A stretch of DNA of 64,000 nucleotides from Lysobacterales bacterium (GTDB lineage Bacteria > Pseudomonadota > Gammaproteobacteria > Xanthomonadales > SZUA-38). Below are positions 42,248 to 52,407 of the stretch, one piece after another. A model generated the notes under the pieces. The model was not told the DNA's origin and did no database searches. It worked only from the letters and a program-made list of their open reading frames with translations. Position 1 is the stretch's first letter; the number at the start of each line of letters is the position of its first letter. Made by a program: the position numbers and the translations under genes. The stretch is from NCBI GenBank assembly GCA_045106555.1, contig JBGCET010000014.1, positions 114,164-178,163 on the forward strand, in the 5' to 3' direction.

Positions 42248-42628
42248 TCAACCCTGGGATTCCAGCTGGATCAACGCCAACAGAACGTTTCGCCCCTCAT
42301 CCAGCAGCACGTTATACGTTCTGCAGGCCGCCCCATTGTCCATCGATTCCAATCCCACGTGACGGGCCATGATGGCCGCAGCAAAGGGTGCTGGGGGGAA
42401 GATCAGGGTGGGGCCGGTGCCGACAATAACCAGTTCGGGTTGATAGGACAGCAGCTTGCCGGCCTGCTCCCGGTCCAATTGGGCGGCGGCGGTGATCGGC
42501 CAATCTTCAATCAGTTGTTCAGCGGAAACAAGCAGGCTGTGGGTGTACTGACGATCGCCGATAATCGCGCCTTCCGAGCCGAAGCCTCGTATCGCGTTAG
42601 CCGCGTTGCCATGGAGCGTCAGGTCCAT
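42248..42628 (-). CDS. Mth938-like domain protein (DUF498)
   Basis: 126 aa. PELVIVGTGPTLIFP...GLESMDNGAACRTYNVL pattern. The start is coupled to the yhbY stop. Confidence 0.7.
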   Translation of the reverse strand: MDLTLHGNAANAIRGFGSEGAIIGDRQYTHSLLVSAEQLIEDWPITAAAQLDREQAGKLLSYQPELVIVGTGPTLIFPPAPFAAAIMARHVGLESMDNGAACRTYNVLLDEGRNVLLALIQLESQG

Positions 42629-42924
42629 CAGGCAGGCAGAGTCAGCTGGGGATCTTTAGGGTGGGGGCGATACAAGCAACAAACCTGACCGATCGTCTGT
42701 ACCACAATCGCGCCACTGGTTTCAGAAGCCCGTGCAATCCAGGCTGCGCGATTGTCGCGATCGCCGCGTAATTTCAGCTTGACCAGTTCGTGGGTGTCCA
42801 ACGCCAGTTCCAGCTCAGCCAGCACGGCGTCACTCATGCCGTTATTACCAACGGTTACAACCGGTTTGAGCTGGTGGGCCAGGCTGCGCAGATAGCGTGA
42901 TTGTTTGCGGGTAAGATTTTTCAC
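42628..42924 (-). CDS. yhbY: ribosome assembly RNA-binding protein YhbY (CRM domain)
   Basis: 98 aa. LTRKQSRYLRSLAHQLKPVVTVGNNG...ELVK. Divergent from rlmE, as in many gammaproteobacteria. Confidence 0.9.
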   Translation of the reverse strand: MKNLTRKQSRYLRSLAHQLKPVVTVGNNGMSDAVLAELELALDTHELVKLKLRGDRDNRAAWIARASETSGAIVVQTIGQVCCLYRPHPKDPQLTLPA

Positions 42925-42982
42925 ATTGTTCTCATAGGGATCTGGGATAATCAGGTTTCAAGTCTGCCTGAGACCGGTACCG

Positions 42983-43600
42983 TTGGCGAGATCCAAGAGC
43001 AGTAAAAAGTGGCTGGCGGAGCACTTTGACGACGAATACGTGCAGCGGGCGCAAAAACTGGGGCTGCGGTCCCGTGCTGCGTTTAAGCTTGAGGAGTTAC
43101 AGAGTAAGTACCGGTTGGTCCAGCCTGGCATGACTGTAGTGGATCTGGGCGCGGCCCCGGGCGGGTGGCTGCAGCTGGTGGTGCGGTGGTTGAAAGGCCG
43201 AGGACACGCGGTCGGTCTGGACTTGCTGCCGATTGAGCCGATGGACGGTGCCCTGCTGATTGAGGGCGATTTTACGGAAGACGAGCCGCTGACGGCGCTG
43301 AAAGAGGCATTGGATGGACGCGAGGTGGATCTTGTTTTGTCCGATATGGCGCCCAATATCTCTGGGATGCGCGCAGTAGACCAGCCCCGGGCCATGTATC
43401 TGGCGGAGCTGGCACTGGATTTTGCTCGACAGCACCTGCGCAGCGGAGGTGCCATGCTGGTAAAAGTGTTCCAAGGTGAAGGGTTCGATGAATGGATGGC
43501 TGCGGTGCGGCAGGATTTTTCTACCGTCAACGTGGTCAAACCCAAGGCTTCCCGACCCCGAAGTCGCGAAGTATACGTTTTGGCACGTAGCGCCCGCTAG
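42983..43600 (+). CDS. rlmE: 23S rRNA (uridine2552-2'-O)-methyltransferase RlmE
   Basis: 205 aa with a TTG start. SSKKWLAEHFDDEYVQRAQKLGLRSRAAFKL and VVDLGAAPGGW motifs. Confidence 0.93.
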   Translation: MARSKSSKKWLAEHFDDEYVQRAQKLGLRSRAAFKLEELQSKYRLVQPGMTVVDLGAAPGGWLQLVVRWLKGRGHAVGLDLLPIEPMDGALLIEGDFTEDEPLTALKEALDGREVDLVLSDMAPNISGMRAVDQPRAMYLAELALDFARQHLRSGGAMLVKVFQGEGFDEWMAAVRQDFSTVNVVKPKASRPRSREVYVLARSAR

Positions 43601-43721
43601 AGGGCGATGCTATCGTCCTGATTCATCTAATGTAGACGATTGCCGATAAAGACAGGGCCGCAGGGTCGCCGGATGGCAATCCCAGAGCAGGCCTCATAGA
43701 GGTATTACATTGAGAAACGAT

Positions 43722-45644
43722 ATGGCAAAAAATCTGGTCCTGTGGATCATTATCGCGGTGGTATTGATGTCGGTGTTCAACACCTTCTCACCGCGCAATG
43801 CGGCAACGTCAACCGTGGCCTACTCAGAATTCCTGAGTGAGGTCAGAAACGGCGACGTATCCAAGGTTCGTATTCAGGAGTCTCCAGACGGCAAAGTCAT
43901 TGCCTACGAGACCAGCAACGGCAACGTTTTGGAAACGTTTGCCCCCGACGACGAAAAGCTTATCGACGACCTCTACACCAAGGGTGTTCAGATTGAGGTC
44001 AAGCCCCCAGAGCGTCGTTCGCTGTTGGTTGATATCTTCATTTCTTGGTTCCCGTTTCTGCTGCTGATTGGCCTGTGGATTTTCTTCATGCGCCAGATGC
44101 AGGGCGGAGGCGGTGGCCGCGGTGCCATGTCTTTCGGCAAGTCCCGCGCCCGACTGCAGGGAGAAGACCAGGTCAAAGTGACGTTTGCTGACGTTGCCGG
44201 TGTTGAAGAGGCCAAGCAAGAGGTCACCGAATTGGTGGAATTCTTGAAAGACCCGGGCAAATTTCAACGTCTGGGCGGCCAAATTCCCCGCGGAGTGCTG
44301 CTGGTTGGTTCGCCGGGCACCGGTAAAACCCTGCTGGCCAAAGCCGTCGCTGGCGAGGCCAAAGTGCCATTTTTCACCATTTCCGGCTCTGACTTTGTGG
44401 AAATGTTTGTCGGCGTGGGTGCATCCCGAGTCCGCGACATGTTTGACCAAGCCAAGAAGCATGCTCCTTGCATCATATTTATCGACGAAATTGACGCCGT
44501 GGGTAGGCACCGGGGCGCCGGCTTGGGTGGCGGGCACGACGAGCGCGAACAAACGCTGAACCAACTTTTGGTGGAGATGGATGGCTTCGAAGGCAATGAA
44601 GGCATTATCGTGGTGGCAGCCACAAACCGCCCAGATGTTCTCGACCCAGCGCTGCTGCGACCGGGTCGGTTCGACCGTCAAGTTGTGGTGCCTTTGCCTG
44701 ACGTTCGCGGCCGCGAACAAATCCTTAAAGTGCACATGCGCAAAGTGCCTTACAGCACCAACGTTGATGCGCGCGTGCTGGCTCGCAGCACACCCGGGTT
44801 TTCTGGCGCGGATCTGGCCAACTTGGTGAATGAAGCTGCCCTGTTTGCCGCTCGGGAAAACTCCAAGGAAGTGTCGATGGAGCATTTTGAGCGGGCTAAA
44901 GACAAGCTCATGATGGGAGCCGAAAGACGCTCTATGGTCATGAGTGAAGATGAAAAACGACTAACCGCATTTCACGAGTCTGGCCATGCCATCGTGGGGC
45001 GCTTGGTGCCCGATCATGACCCGGTTTATAAGGTCAGTATTATCCCTAGAGGTCGAGCGTTGGGCGTAACCATGTTCCTGCCTGAAGAGGATAAGTACAG
45101 TCAGAGTAAGACGGCACTCAACAGCCAACTGTGCAGTCTTTATGGCGGTCGAATCGCTGAGGAGCTGGTGTTTGGTAAAGACAAAGTGACGACCGGAGCC
45201 TCTAACGATATTGAACGTGCCACTGATCTGGCGCGGTTAATGGTGCAGCGCTGGGGCCTGTCAGACGCACTGGGGCCGGTGGCTTACGGTGAGCAGGAGG
45301 AGGAAGTTTTCCTTGGCCGCTCAGTCACTCAACACAAAGCTGTGGCTGAGGAAACCGCGCGTCAGATCGATTCCGAGGTTCGACGTATCCTGGATGAGGC
45401 CTACGAGCGTGCTACACGCATTTTGCAGGACAACGAAGCCAAAATGCAGGTGATGGCCGACGCGTTGATGAAGTATGAAACCATCGACTCCAGTCAGATT
45501 GACGACATCATGGAGGGAAGAACCCCAGGTCCTCCAAGTGATTGGTGGGACGCGCCGGATGACGATACCGGCAGCGGAGGCTCAGCAGTTTCGAGCAAAA
45601 CCAACGATGAACCGCCACTGGGCGGTCCGGCCGAGCAACACTGA
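43722..45644 (+). CDS. ftsH: ATP-dependent zinc metalloprotease FtsH
   Basis: Two N-terminal TM helices, Walker A GSPGTGKT, Walker [10 protein letters not shown], the SRH and the zinc motif HESGHA. Start trimmed to the ATG at 43722. Confidence 0.96.
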   Translation: MAKNLVLWIIIAVVLMSVFNTFSPRNAATSTVAYSEFLSEVRNGDVSKVRIQESPDGKVIAYETSNGNVLETFAPDDEKLIDDLYTKGVQIEVKPPERRSLLVDIFISWFPFLLLIGLWIFFMRQMQGGGGGRGAMSFGKSRARLQGEDQVKVTFADVAGVEEAKQEVTELVEFLKDPGKFQRLGGQIPRGVLLVGSPGTGKTLLAKAVAGEAKVPFFTISGSDFVEMFVGVGASRVRDMFDQAKKHAPCIIFIDEIDAVGRHRGAGLGGGHDEREQTLNQLLVEMDGFEGNEGIIVVAATNRPDVLDPALLRPGRFDRQVVVPLPDVRGREQILKVHMRKVPYSTNVDARVLARSTPGFSGADLANLVNEAALFAARENSKEVSMEHFERAKDKLMMGAERRSMVMSEDEKRLTAFHESGHAIVGRLVPDHDPVYKVSIIPRGRALGVTMFLPEEDKYSQSKTALNSQLCSLYGGRIAEELVFGKDKVTTGASNDIERATDLARLMVQRWGLSDALGPVAYGEQEEEVFLGRSVTQHKAVAEETARQIDSEVRRILDEAYERATRILQDNEAKMQVMADALMKYETIDSSQIDDIMEGRTPGPPSDWWDAPDDDTGSGGSAVSSKTNDEPPLGGPAEQH

Positions 45645-45692
45645 TCCAACAAACGGCGCGGGTCTTCCCCGCGCCGGTTTGTTCTCGTCCTC

Positions 45693-46523
45693 ATGTCCGC
45701 TGAGAAACTGACCCTCGGCCCATCAACCCTCCCCGTTCCCGCCCTCATGGGCATTCTGAACGTAACTCCAGATTCGTTTTCCGATGGCGGATTGAATGCC
45801 CAGCTGGACGACGCTGTGTCGACTGCGGAAACCATGCTGGCCGAAGGTGCTGACATCATTGATGTGGGGGGGGAATCCACTCGGCCTGGCGCAGAGGCGG
45901 TCAGCGTAGACGAAGAGCTGGCGCGGGTCATTCCAGTGGTCGAAGCGGTGCGCAATCGAACCGATGCGTTGATCTCAGTGGATACGTCCAGCCCTCAGGT
46001 GATGACGGCGGCGATTGATGCTGGTGCTGGAATGATCAACGACGTCCGCGCGCTGACCCGCCCAGGTGCATTGGAGGCTGTAGCAGAGCGCGACGTTGCC
46101 GTATGTCTGATGCACATGCGCGGATCGCCCGGAACGATGCAAAACCAGCCGACGTACGATGATGTGGTGCAGGAAGTGATGGAATTTCTCGGACAATCCA
46201 TCATCCGGTGCATGAACGCAGGTATCGATCGAGGCCGACTTCTGGTTGATCCGGGGTTTGGTTTCGGCAAGTCCCTGCAACATAATTTAACCCTGCTAAG
46301 CCGGTTGAGCGCGCTAAAGTCGCTAGGCTGTCCGATTTTGGTGGGGATTTCGCGTAAATCCATGTTCCAGCAACTGTTGGGGCGCGACGTTGGCAATCGC
46401 TTGGCGGGGACCTTGGCTGCTGGTCAGATGGCATTAAACGCTGGTGCCGCTATCCTGAGGGTGCACGATGTGGCTCCTCACGAAGATTTGCGCAGGTTGT
46501 GGGTGGCCACGACGGATATTTAG
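45693..46523 (+). CDS. folP: dihydropteroate synthase
   Basis: 276 aa. GILNVTPDSFSDGG, DVGGESTRPG and DPGFGFGK motifs. Confidence 0.94.
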   Translation: MSAEKLTLGPSTLPVPALMGILNVTPDSFSDGGLNAQLDDAVSTAETMLAEGADIIDVGGESTRPGAEAVSVDEELARVIPVVEAVRNRTDALISVDTSSPQVMTAAIDAGAGMINDVRALTRPGALEAVAERDVAVCLMHMRGSPGTMQNQPTYDDVVQEVMEFLGQSIIRCMNAGIDRGRLLVDPGFGFGKSLQHNLTLLSRLSALKSLGCPILVGISRKSMFQQLLGRDVGNRLAGTLAAGQMALNAGAAILRVHDVAPHEDLRRLWVATTDI

Positions 46524-46624
46524 CGGGGTCTTGGATTAGCCACTGACGACGTATTGATCGAGCTTGAGGTTGCAGGGGAGCGCCACGGGCAGATGGGTTG
46601 GACAACAAGCAGGGGAAATACATC

Positions 46625-47959
46625 ATGAGCCGGAAATACTTTGGCACCGACGGAATCCGCGGCCGCGTTGGGGATGCGGTGATCAATGCCCAATTTGCCT
46701 TGAAGCTCGGTCATGCCATGGGCTGCGTGCTGGCCAGACGCGGCTCGCCGCTGGTAGTGATTGGAAAGGACACGCGTATCTCAGGCTACATGTTTGAGGC
46801 AGCGCTAGAGTCAGGTTTGGCAGCCGCTGGCGCTGACATTCGACTGCTTGGGCCCATGCCGACACCAGCGGTCGCCTTTATCACGCGGACGCTTCGCGCG
46901 GGTGCGGGCATTGTGATCAGCGCCTCTCACAATCCGCACCACGACAATGGGTTTAAGTTTTTTGGAACCAGCGGCGAGAAATTGCCCGACGAGGTGGAAG
47001 CGGAAATTGAACGAGAGCTGGATGAACCTTTCACCACTGTTCAGTCCGGGTCACTGGGGCGGGCCACACGCGTTGAAGATGCGGCCGGTCGTTACGTGGA
47101 ATTTTGCAAGCGAACCCTGCCTTATACCGGGTCGTTGGCGGGCCTGAAAATTGTATTGGACTGCGCCAATGGTGCCACCTACTACGTGGGGCCGGCCGTG
47201 TTTACCGAGCTGGGTGCGGAGGTTGTGCCTATTGGTAACAAGCCCGACGGACTGAACATCAATGAGCAGGCTGGGTCGCTGCACCCCGAACTGCTGCAGC
47301 AGGCGGTGGTAGAGCATGATGCAGATTTGGGTATCGCCTTCGACGGCGACGGTGATCGGGTTCAAATGGTTGATGGGAACGGCGCGCTGATCGATGGCGA
47401 TCAACTGCTGTACATCATTGCCGCCCACCGACAGCGAACCGGCCGCCTTGGCGGCGGCGTGGTCGGTACGTTGATGACAAATTATGGTTTGGAAAAGACG
47501 TTTCGCGATGAGGGCATTGATTTTGTCAGGGCCAACGTCGGCGATCGTTACGTTCATCAGCAGCTGCGTCAGCGCGACTGGCTGGTCGGCGGCGAAACCT
47601 CAGGGCATATCCTGGTGTTGGACAAAACCACCACCGGAGACGCTATCATCAGTGCTCTGGAGGTGTTGGAAATATTGTCTTCCAGTGGTCAAACGCTCGC
47701 CGAGGCTGCCCAGGGGTTCGAAAAATACCCTCAGGAAATGATTAATGTTCCGGTCAAAGGTAAAGTCAATCTTGAGGCCGCCAATGTGTGTAAGGCAGTG
47801 GCTGATCTGGAGGCAACTTTGGGTGACGAGGGGCGGGTCATTTTACGTCCCTCTGGAACCGAGCCTGTGGTTAGAGTTACCGTTGAAGGACGCGAGGCCG
47901 GTCTAGTGCTTGCGCTGACCCGGCAGCTTGCTGATGTCGTTGAGCAGGAGTTTTCCTGA
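46625..47959 (+). CDS. glmM: phosphoglucosamine mutase
   Basis: Starts [13 protein letters not shown]. Contains the active-site motifs SASHNP, DGDGDR and GGETSGH. Start trimmed from 46598. Confidence 0.95.
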   Translation: MSRKYFGTDGIRGRVGDAVINAQFALKLGHAMGCVLARRGSPLVVIGKDTRISGYMFEAALESGLAAAGADIRLLGPMPTPAVAFITRTLRAGAGIVISASHNPHHDNGFKFFGTSGEKLPDEVEAEIERELDEPFTTVQSGSLGRATRVEDAAGRYVEFCKRTLPYTGSLAGLKIVLDCANGATYYVGPAVFTELGAEVVPIGNKPDGLNINEQAGSLHPELLQQAVVEHDADLGIAFDGDGDRVQMVDGNGALIDGDQLLYIIAAHRQRTGRLGGGVVGTLMTNYGLEKTFRDEGIDFVRANVGDRYVHQQLRQRDWLVGGETSGHILVLDKTTTGDAIISALEVLEILSSSGQTLAEAAQGFEKYPQEMINVPVKGKVNLEAANVCKAVADLEATLGDEGRVILRPSGTEPVVRVTVEGREAGLVLALTRQLADVVEQEFS

Positions 47960-47988
47960 CCCAAAGAAAGGGAGCAGTAGTCAATTTA

Positions 47989-48936
47989 ATGGCCGATCCG
48001 TCGACGATCCAGGTACCGACCCTGGATATCAACACTTTTGATTCATCACCCGAACAGTTTGTCCGAGAGCTGGGGGATGCCTATAAGCAGTTTGGCTTCT
48101 GTGGCATTCGAAATCACGGCATCAGCGATCAGACCACTCAGAACGCTTATCGGGTCTTCAGAGCATTTTTTGCTCTGCCAGTCAAAGAAAAGCAGCGGTA
48201 TACCGCCGGCGCTGGGGGCGCCAGAGGCTACACAGGTATTGGTATAGAAACGGCGAAAGACGCTCAACACCCGGACTTAAAAGAGTTTTGGCACGTTGGC
48301 CGAGAGTTGCCCGATGACCACCCCCAGCGCCATCGGATGCCGCCAAATTTGTGGCCCGATGAGGTGGCGGATTTTCGTGTACATGCCTACGGGCTCTATC
48401 AGGCGCTGGATCAGCTGGGGCAGGCAGTGCTGCAGGCCATGGCGCTTTATCTGGGGCAAGATCAGCACTTTTTCGATCTGCGCGTGAACGAGGGCAATAG
48501 TATTTTGCGGCCCATTCACTATCCGCCTATTGCGCAGGCGACGCCTTCAGTGAGGGCCGGCCAGCACGAGGACATTAACCTGATTACTCTGCTGATTGGG
48601 TCAGAACAGCCTGGGCTGGAGATATTGAGTCGAGAAGGGCAGTGGGTGCCGGTGACCACAGTGCCTGGCGCCATCATGTGCAACATTGGCGACATGATGC
48701 AGCGACTCACCAATCATGTGTTTCCCTCCACCACCCACCGGGTGGTTAACCCGCCCGGCGACCAGGCATTGAAATCACGCTATTCCATTCCGTTTTTTCT
48801 GCACCCAAATGCGGATTTCATGATTGAGACCCTGTCCAGTTGCATCAGTGCTGATCGCCCTGATCGATACCCGCAGCCACTGTCATCCCACGACTACTTG
48901 CAACAGCGGCTGGTGGAAATCGGCCTGCAAAAATGA
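47989..48936 (+). CDS. 2OG-Fe(II) oxygenase (isopenicillin N synthase-like family)
   Basis: 315 aa. HYPP...GQHEDINLITLL...THRV facial-triad pattern. Confidence 0.85.
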   Translation: MADPSTIQVPTLDINTFDSSPEQFVRELGDAYKQFGFCGIRNHGISDQTTQNAYRVFRAFFALPVKEKQRYTAGAGGARGYTGIGIETAKDAQHPDLKEFWHVGRELPDDHPQRHRMPPNLWPDEVADFRVHAYGLYQALDQLGQAVLQAMALYLGQDQHFFDLRVNEGNSILRPIHYPPIAQATPSVRAGQHEDINLITLLIGSEQPGLEILSREGQWVPVTTVPGAIMCNIGDMMQRLTNHVFPSTTHRVVNPPGDQALKSRYSIPFFLHPNADFMIETLSSCISADRPDRYPQPLSSHDYLQQRLVEIGLQK

Positions 48937-49679
48937 CAATCAACAGACTCACTGGCTGGCTGCTGGCGGCGCTGATGGTTAGCGCTTTCAGTCTTGCTCA
49001 GGCCCAGGTGCCCAATGGCGTCGTCGTGCTTACCCAGCTGGCGGACAGCGGTGATGCGGACGCGCAATACGGCCTGGGGACCTGGTATATCAACAACCAA
49101 GGGTCCGGCGCAGACCTTGCCAAGGCCAGGGACTGGCTGCTCCAAGCGGCTCGCCAGCAGCATGTGCATGCGATGTATCGGCTGGGCGTGATGCTTAATC
49201 AATACGACGAGTTGCGCGACGAGGCGCAAGCACTCGACTGGACTCGAAGCGCTGCTGATGCAGGCCTGGCCGACGCCCAGGCCACATACGCCATGTTTCT
49301 TTTTCAGGGCCTGGGTGGTGCGCCGCCAAATTGTGTTGACGCTGTCTCCTGGCTTGAGAAGGCGGGGTCAGTTGGCCACCAGATTGCCCAGAGCAATTTA
49401 GTTTGGGTGCTTGCGACGTGCCCGGAAGAACGCCACCGAGATGGCTCAAGGGCGCTGCGCATTGGGTTTGACCAGGTTTATCGTCAGGGTTTGGACAGTG
49501 CCAATCAGCTGGATAATTTGGCAGCCGCGTATGCCGCAGCGGGCGACTACCTCAGTGCCGAAGCGGTGCAAAAACACGCGATGGCGCAGGAAACTGATGA
49601 GCGGGTGCTGGCGATATTCCAGAGCCATCTGGAAAGCTATCAGGCCCGGCGCCCCTGGTCAGAATTGTCAAAGCCCTAA
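48933..49679 (+). CDS. secreted Sel1-repeat (TPR-like) protein
   Basis: 248 aa. ATGA overlap with the upstream stop, a signal peptide (LLAALMVSAFSLAQA), and Sel1-type repeats (GDADAQYGLGTWY.., VHAMYRLGVML.., LADAQATYAMFL). Confidence 0.8.
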   Translation: MTINRLTGWLLAALMVSAFSLAQAQVPNGVVVLTQLADSGDADAQYGLGTWYINNQGSGADLAKARDWLLQAARQQHVHAMYRLGVMLNQYDELRDEAQALDWTRSAADAGLADAQATYAMFLFQGLGGAPPNCVDAVSWLEKAGSVGHQIAQSNLVWVLATCPEERHRDGSRALRIGFDQVYRQGLDSANQLDNLAAAYAAAGDYLSAEAVQKHAMAQETDERVLAIFQSHLESYQARRPWSELSKP

Positions 49680-49755
49680 CCAGGCAACACGTACGAAAAC
49701 TTGCGTAGTTTGTTTCTCGCCCTACAATGGCCTCACTAATCATCGAGTGCCAACG

Positions 49756-52314
49756 ATGCTGTTTACAACTAAAAATACGATTCTGGCGATGCTGCCAGTG
49801 CTTGCGCTGTGCGCGGAATCTCTTGCGCAAGTTCCCACACAAGACTTGCTGGAGGCGGCCACCGCAACCCGTGGTGCCGTGGTCGACGGAGACGCGACGG
49901 GGGATTTGCTTGGCTGGGCGGTCGCCGGTGACGGGGACTATAACGGCGATGGGGTGAACGATCTCGTCTTTTCGTCTCAGGGCTTTGACGTTGTGGCCAA
50001 TGGCGCCACCCTGGCCAACGCCGGAGCTGTCTATGTGCTTTTTGGCGGATCTGACGCGTTGCAAAACCTGGACCTTAGCCAGATACCGGCCGCCGGCGGC
50101 GGCGACGGCAGCCAGGGCTTTGTGCTCTATGGCACTCAAACGAACGAAAATCTTGGTTCGGCACTTTCCAGTGCAGGGGACATTAATGGCGATGGGATCG
50201 ATGATCTGCTGATTGGATCGCCGCAAATACCCAATCCGTTGGGTGGCGGTGGGGCCTATCTGCTATTTGGTCGTCCGGCCACCGATCCAATGCCTGCCGA
50301 ATTTGACCTGCAGACGTTACGCACCGCTGATGATAGCAACAGTGGCTTTGGCGTCGTGCTGGAGGGCTCTCAGTCCGGCGGCTCTGCGGGCATCGATGTC
50401 GTTGCCGATTTGGATATCAACGGTGATGGCATTGGCGACATAATTCTTGGCAACAATTTTTCTGGCGCCGGATTCATCGCTCGAATCGGGGTCAGCTATG
50501 TGCTGTATGGACGCGATGCCTCCGATCCCTGGCCCGGCCGTTTTCGGCTATCAGCGCTGCAGCCAAATCTTGCCACAGGCAGTCAGGGTTTCGTGATCAT
50601 CAGCGATGCGGCGGGAACGGGTTTGGGCAGCCGGCTAGCCAACTTGGGCGATTTTACCGGCGATGGTGTCGACGATCTATTAATGGGGTCTCCCAGCGCT
50701 AGCGCTTCCGACGGCGTCACCAATAGCGCGGGATTTATTGTGCCGGGTCGATCACCCTCCTCGGGGAACGGTGCGGCGCCGACCGAGTTTGATATTGAAG
50801 GTGTGGATCTTTCGCGGGAAGAAATTCGAGCAACGGCCCATCAGCTCCTGGGTGATGCGGCGGAAGACCTAGCGGGAGAAGCGGTCGCCGGGATTGGCGA
50901 TATTAATGGCGATGGCCGGCCCGACCTGGCGGTGACCGCGCCGCTGGCCGATCATGGCGGCGATAACAGCGGCAGTGCCTACGTGCTTTTTGGAAGGCCC
51001 GTAGGCAGCGCGCTGGCTCCACGTATATCTTTGGCAAACCTGCTTCCTGCCAACGGCGGAAACGGCAGCCAGGGATTTGTGTTGACCGGCGAAGCGGGGC
51101 AGCGGCTCGGCGATGCCTTAGCGTCAGCCGGCGACATCAACGGCGACGGGGTGGATGATTTTGTTGTCGGCGCAAAGTCCGACAACGAAGCCGGAACCGA
51201 GGCCGGCGCGGTTTATGTGGTGTATGGCCGCAGCCAGGGGTTTCCTGCCAGCATTGGTGTGGCAGACCTGGTTTCCAGCGGTCAGGGCATGAAGTTACTC
51301 GGTCAAGCCGCCAGTGACAAAGTGGGTGATCGTCTTGCCTTGGGCGGCGATATTGATCGAGACGGCAACAGCGAAATACTGGTGGGGTCGCGATTGGTCG
51401 ATCAGGTGTCTTCCAATGCCGGTCGAGTGTATGTCATCAACGGTGAGGGGGGGGCCATTGATGGCTTCACCGGTGGCGATAGTCGAGCATGGTTCGATGC
51501 CCAGCGCTCCGGCGAAGGCATCATGATTGAAGTGGGGACTATCGATTCGACGCCGTCACTGTTTGCCAGTTGGTACACCTATCAGAACGGCGAGCAGCTT
51601 TGGCTGGTCGCCGGACCGGTAACACTGGAGCCGGGCCAATCCTCGGTCACCACCGACTTGCTGCAGACATCGGGCACAGGGTTTGGGGATAACTTCGATC
51701 CCAACGACGTTCAATTTGCCGTGTGGGGGAGTGTGACAATCACCCGTCAAAGTTGTGATCAGCTGCGTTGGCAGTATTCGACCCAGGATGGTGCTATCAG
51801 CGGTGAGCGGGAATTCGTCCCCTTGCTAAGCGAGCTGCTCGGGTTGACCGGTTGCGTCGACAACGACACCAGTAAATCATCAACACCTGCCGTGAGCCCA
51901 GCGGGTTTGACGCTGGTGCCAGGCCATGCCGGAGCGTGGTTTGACCCTGCCCGAGGTGGCGAAGGCATTTTGTTGGATCTGGAGTTGCGTGGATCCCAGC
52001 CCACAGCCTTCTTCAGTTGGTTTACCTACAGCGCAGGTGCACAGCGCTGGCTGGTCGGCAGCGCGCCGTTTGATCCGGCGACGGGCCAGATCAGCGATCT
52101 ATCGTTGGTGGAAACCCGTGGCGCGGATTTTGGTGCCAGCTTTGACCCTGATCAGGTGATTTCTAATCCTTGGGGTAGCGTCGATTTAAGCTTTTCTGGC
52201 TGTCAGGGGCTAACCGTTAACTACAGCGGCGCCTTTGAGGGTGGGCCAACCCAAACCGGAAGCGCCTCACTGGTTCGGTTCACCGGACCGTTATTCGAAC
52301 TGAACTGTCCTTGA
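49756..52314 (+). CDS. secreted FG-GAP (integrin-alpha-like beta-propeller) repeat protein with two C-terminal AWFD-GEG domains
   Basis: Start trimmed to the ATG at 49756 (MLFTTKNTILAMLPVLALCAESLAQ signal peptide). At least 7 FG-GAP/Ca-binding repeats (GDxNGDGxDDLxxG). The C-terminal ~270 aa is two copies of a ~130-aa module. Confidence 0.8.
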   Translation: MLFTTKNTILAMLPVLALCAESLAQVPTQDLLEAATATRGAVVDGDATGDLLGWAVAGDGDYNGDGVNDLVFSSQGFDVVANGATLANAGAVYVLFGGSDALQNLDLSQIPAAGGGDGSQGFVLYGTQTNENLGSALSSAGDINGDGIDDLLIGSPQIPNPLGGGGAYLLFGRPATDPMPAEFDLQTLRTADDSNSGFGVVLEGSQSGGSAGIDVVADLDINGDGIGDIILGNNFSGAGFIARIGVSYVLYGRDASDPWPGRFRLSALQPNLATGSQGFVIISDAAGTGLGSRLANLGDFTGDGVDDLLMGSPSASASDGVTNSAGFIVPGRSPSSGNGAAPTEFDIEGVDLSREEIRATAHQLLGDAAEDLAGEAVAGIGDINGDGRPDLAVTAPLADHGGDNSGSAYVLFGRPVGSALAPRISLANLLPANGGNGSQGFVLTGEAGQRLGDALASAGDINGDGVDDFVVGAKSDNEAGTEAGAVYVVYGRSQGFPASIGVADLVSSGQGMKLLGQAASDKVGDRLALGGDIDRDGNSEILVGSRLVDQVSSNAGRVYVINGEGGAIDGFTGGDSRAWFDAQRSGEGIMIEVGTIDSTPSLFASWYTYQNGEQLWLVAGPVTLEPGQSSVTTDLLQTSGTGFGDNFDPNDVQFAVWGSVTITRQSCDQLRWQYSTQDGAISGEREFVPLLSELLGLTGCVDNDTSKSSTPAVSPAGLTLVPGHAGAWFDPARGGEGILLDLELRGSQPTAFFSWFTYSAGAQRWLVGSAPFDPATGQISDLSLVETRGADFGASFDPDQVISNPWGSVDLSFSGCQGLTVNYSGAFEGGPTQTGSASLVRFTGPLFELNCP

Positions 52315-52407
52315 CGGGTTAGCGGCTAAGTCCAGACAGGACACTGTTCTTGCATCCGGGCATTGGCGCCGTTATCCTTGCGCGTCGATTTTTTGGGGTT
52401 TCAGGGC

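Noticed and set aside
43824-44885. A 353-aa minus-strand ORF, plus several shorter ones (43988-44260, 44264-44623).
   Set aside because: They are antisense to ftsH, whose Walker A/B, SRH and HExxH motifs are unambiguous. The antisense translation is low-information.
49411-49755. A 115-codon N-terminal extension of the 967-aa ORF, overlapping the Sel1-repeat gene.
   Set aside because: The extension overlaps a well-supported gene in another frame. A classical signal peptide begins at the internal ATG at 49756. Similar over-extended starts were trimmed for rmlB, ispB, typA, parE, pyrG, nlpD, ftsH, glmM, tpiA, nuoA/B/D/H/I and the lipoproteins.
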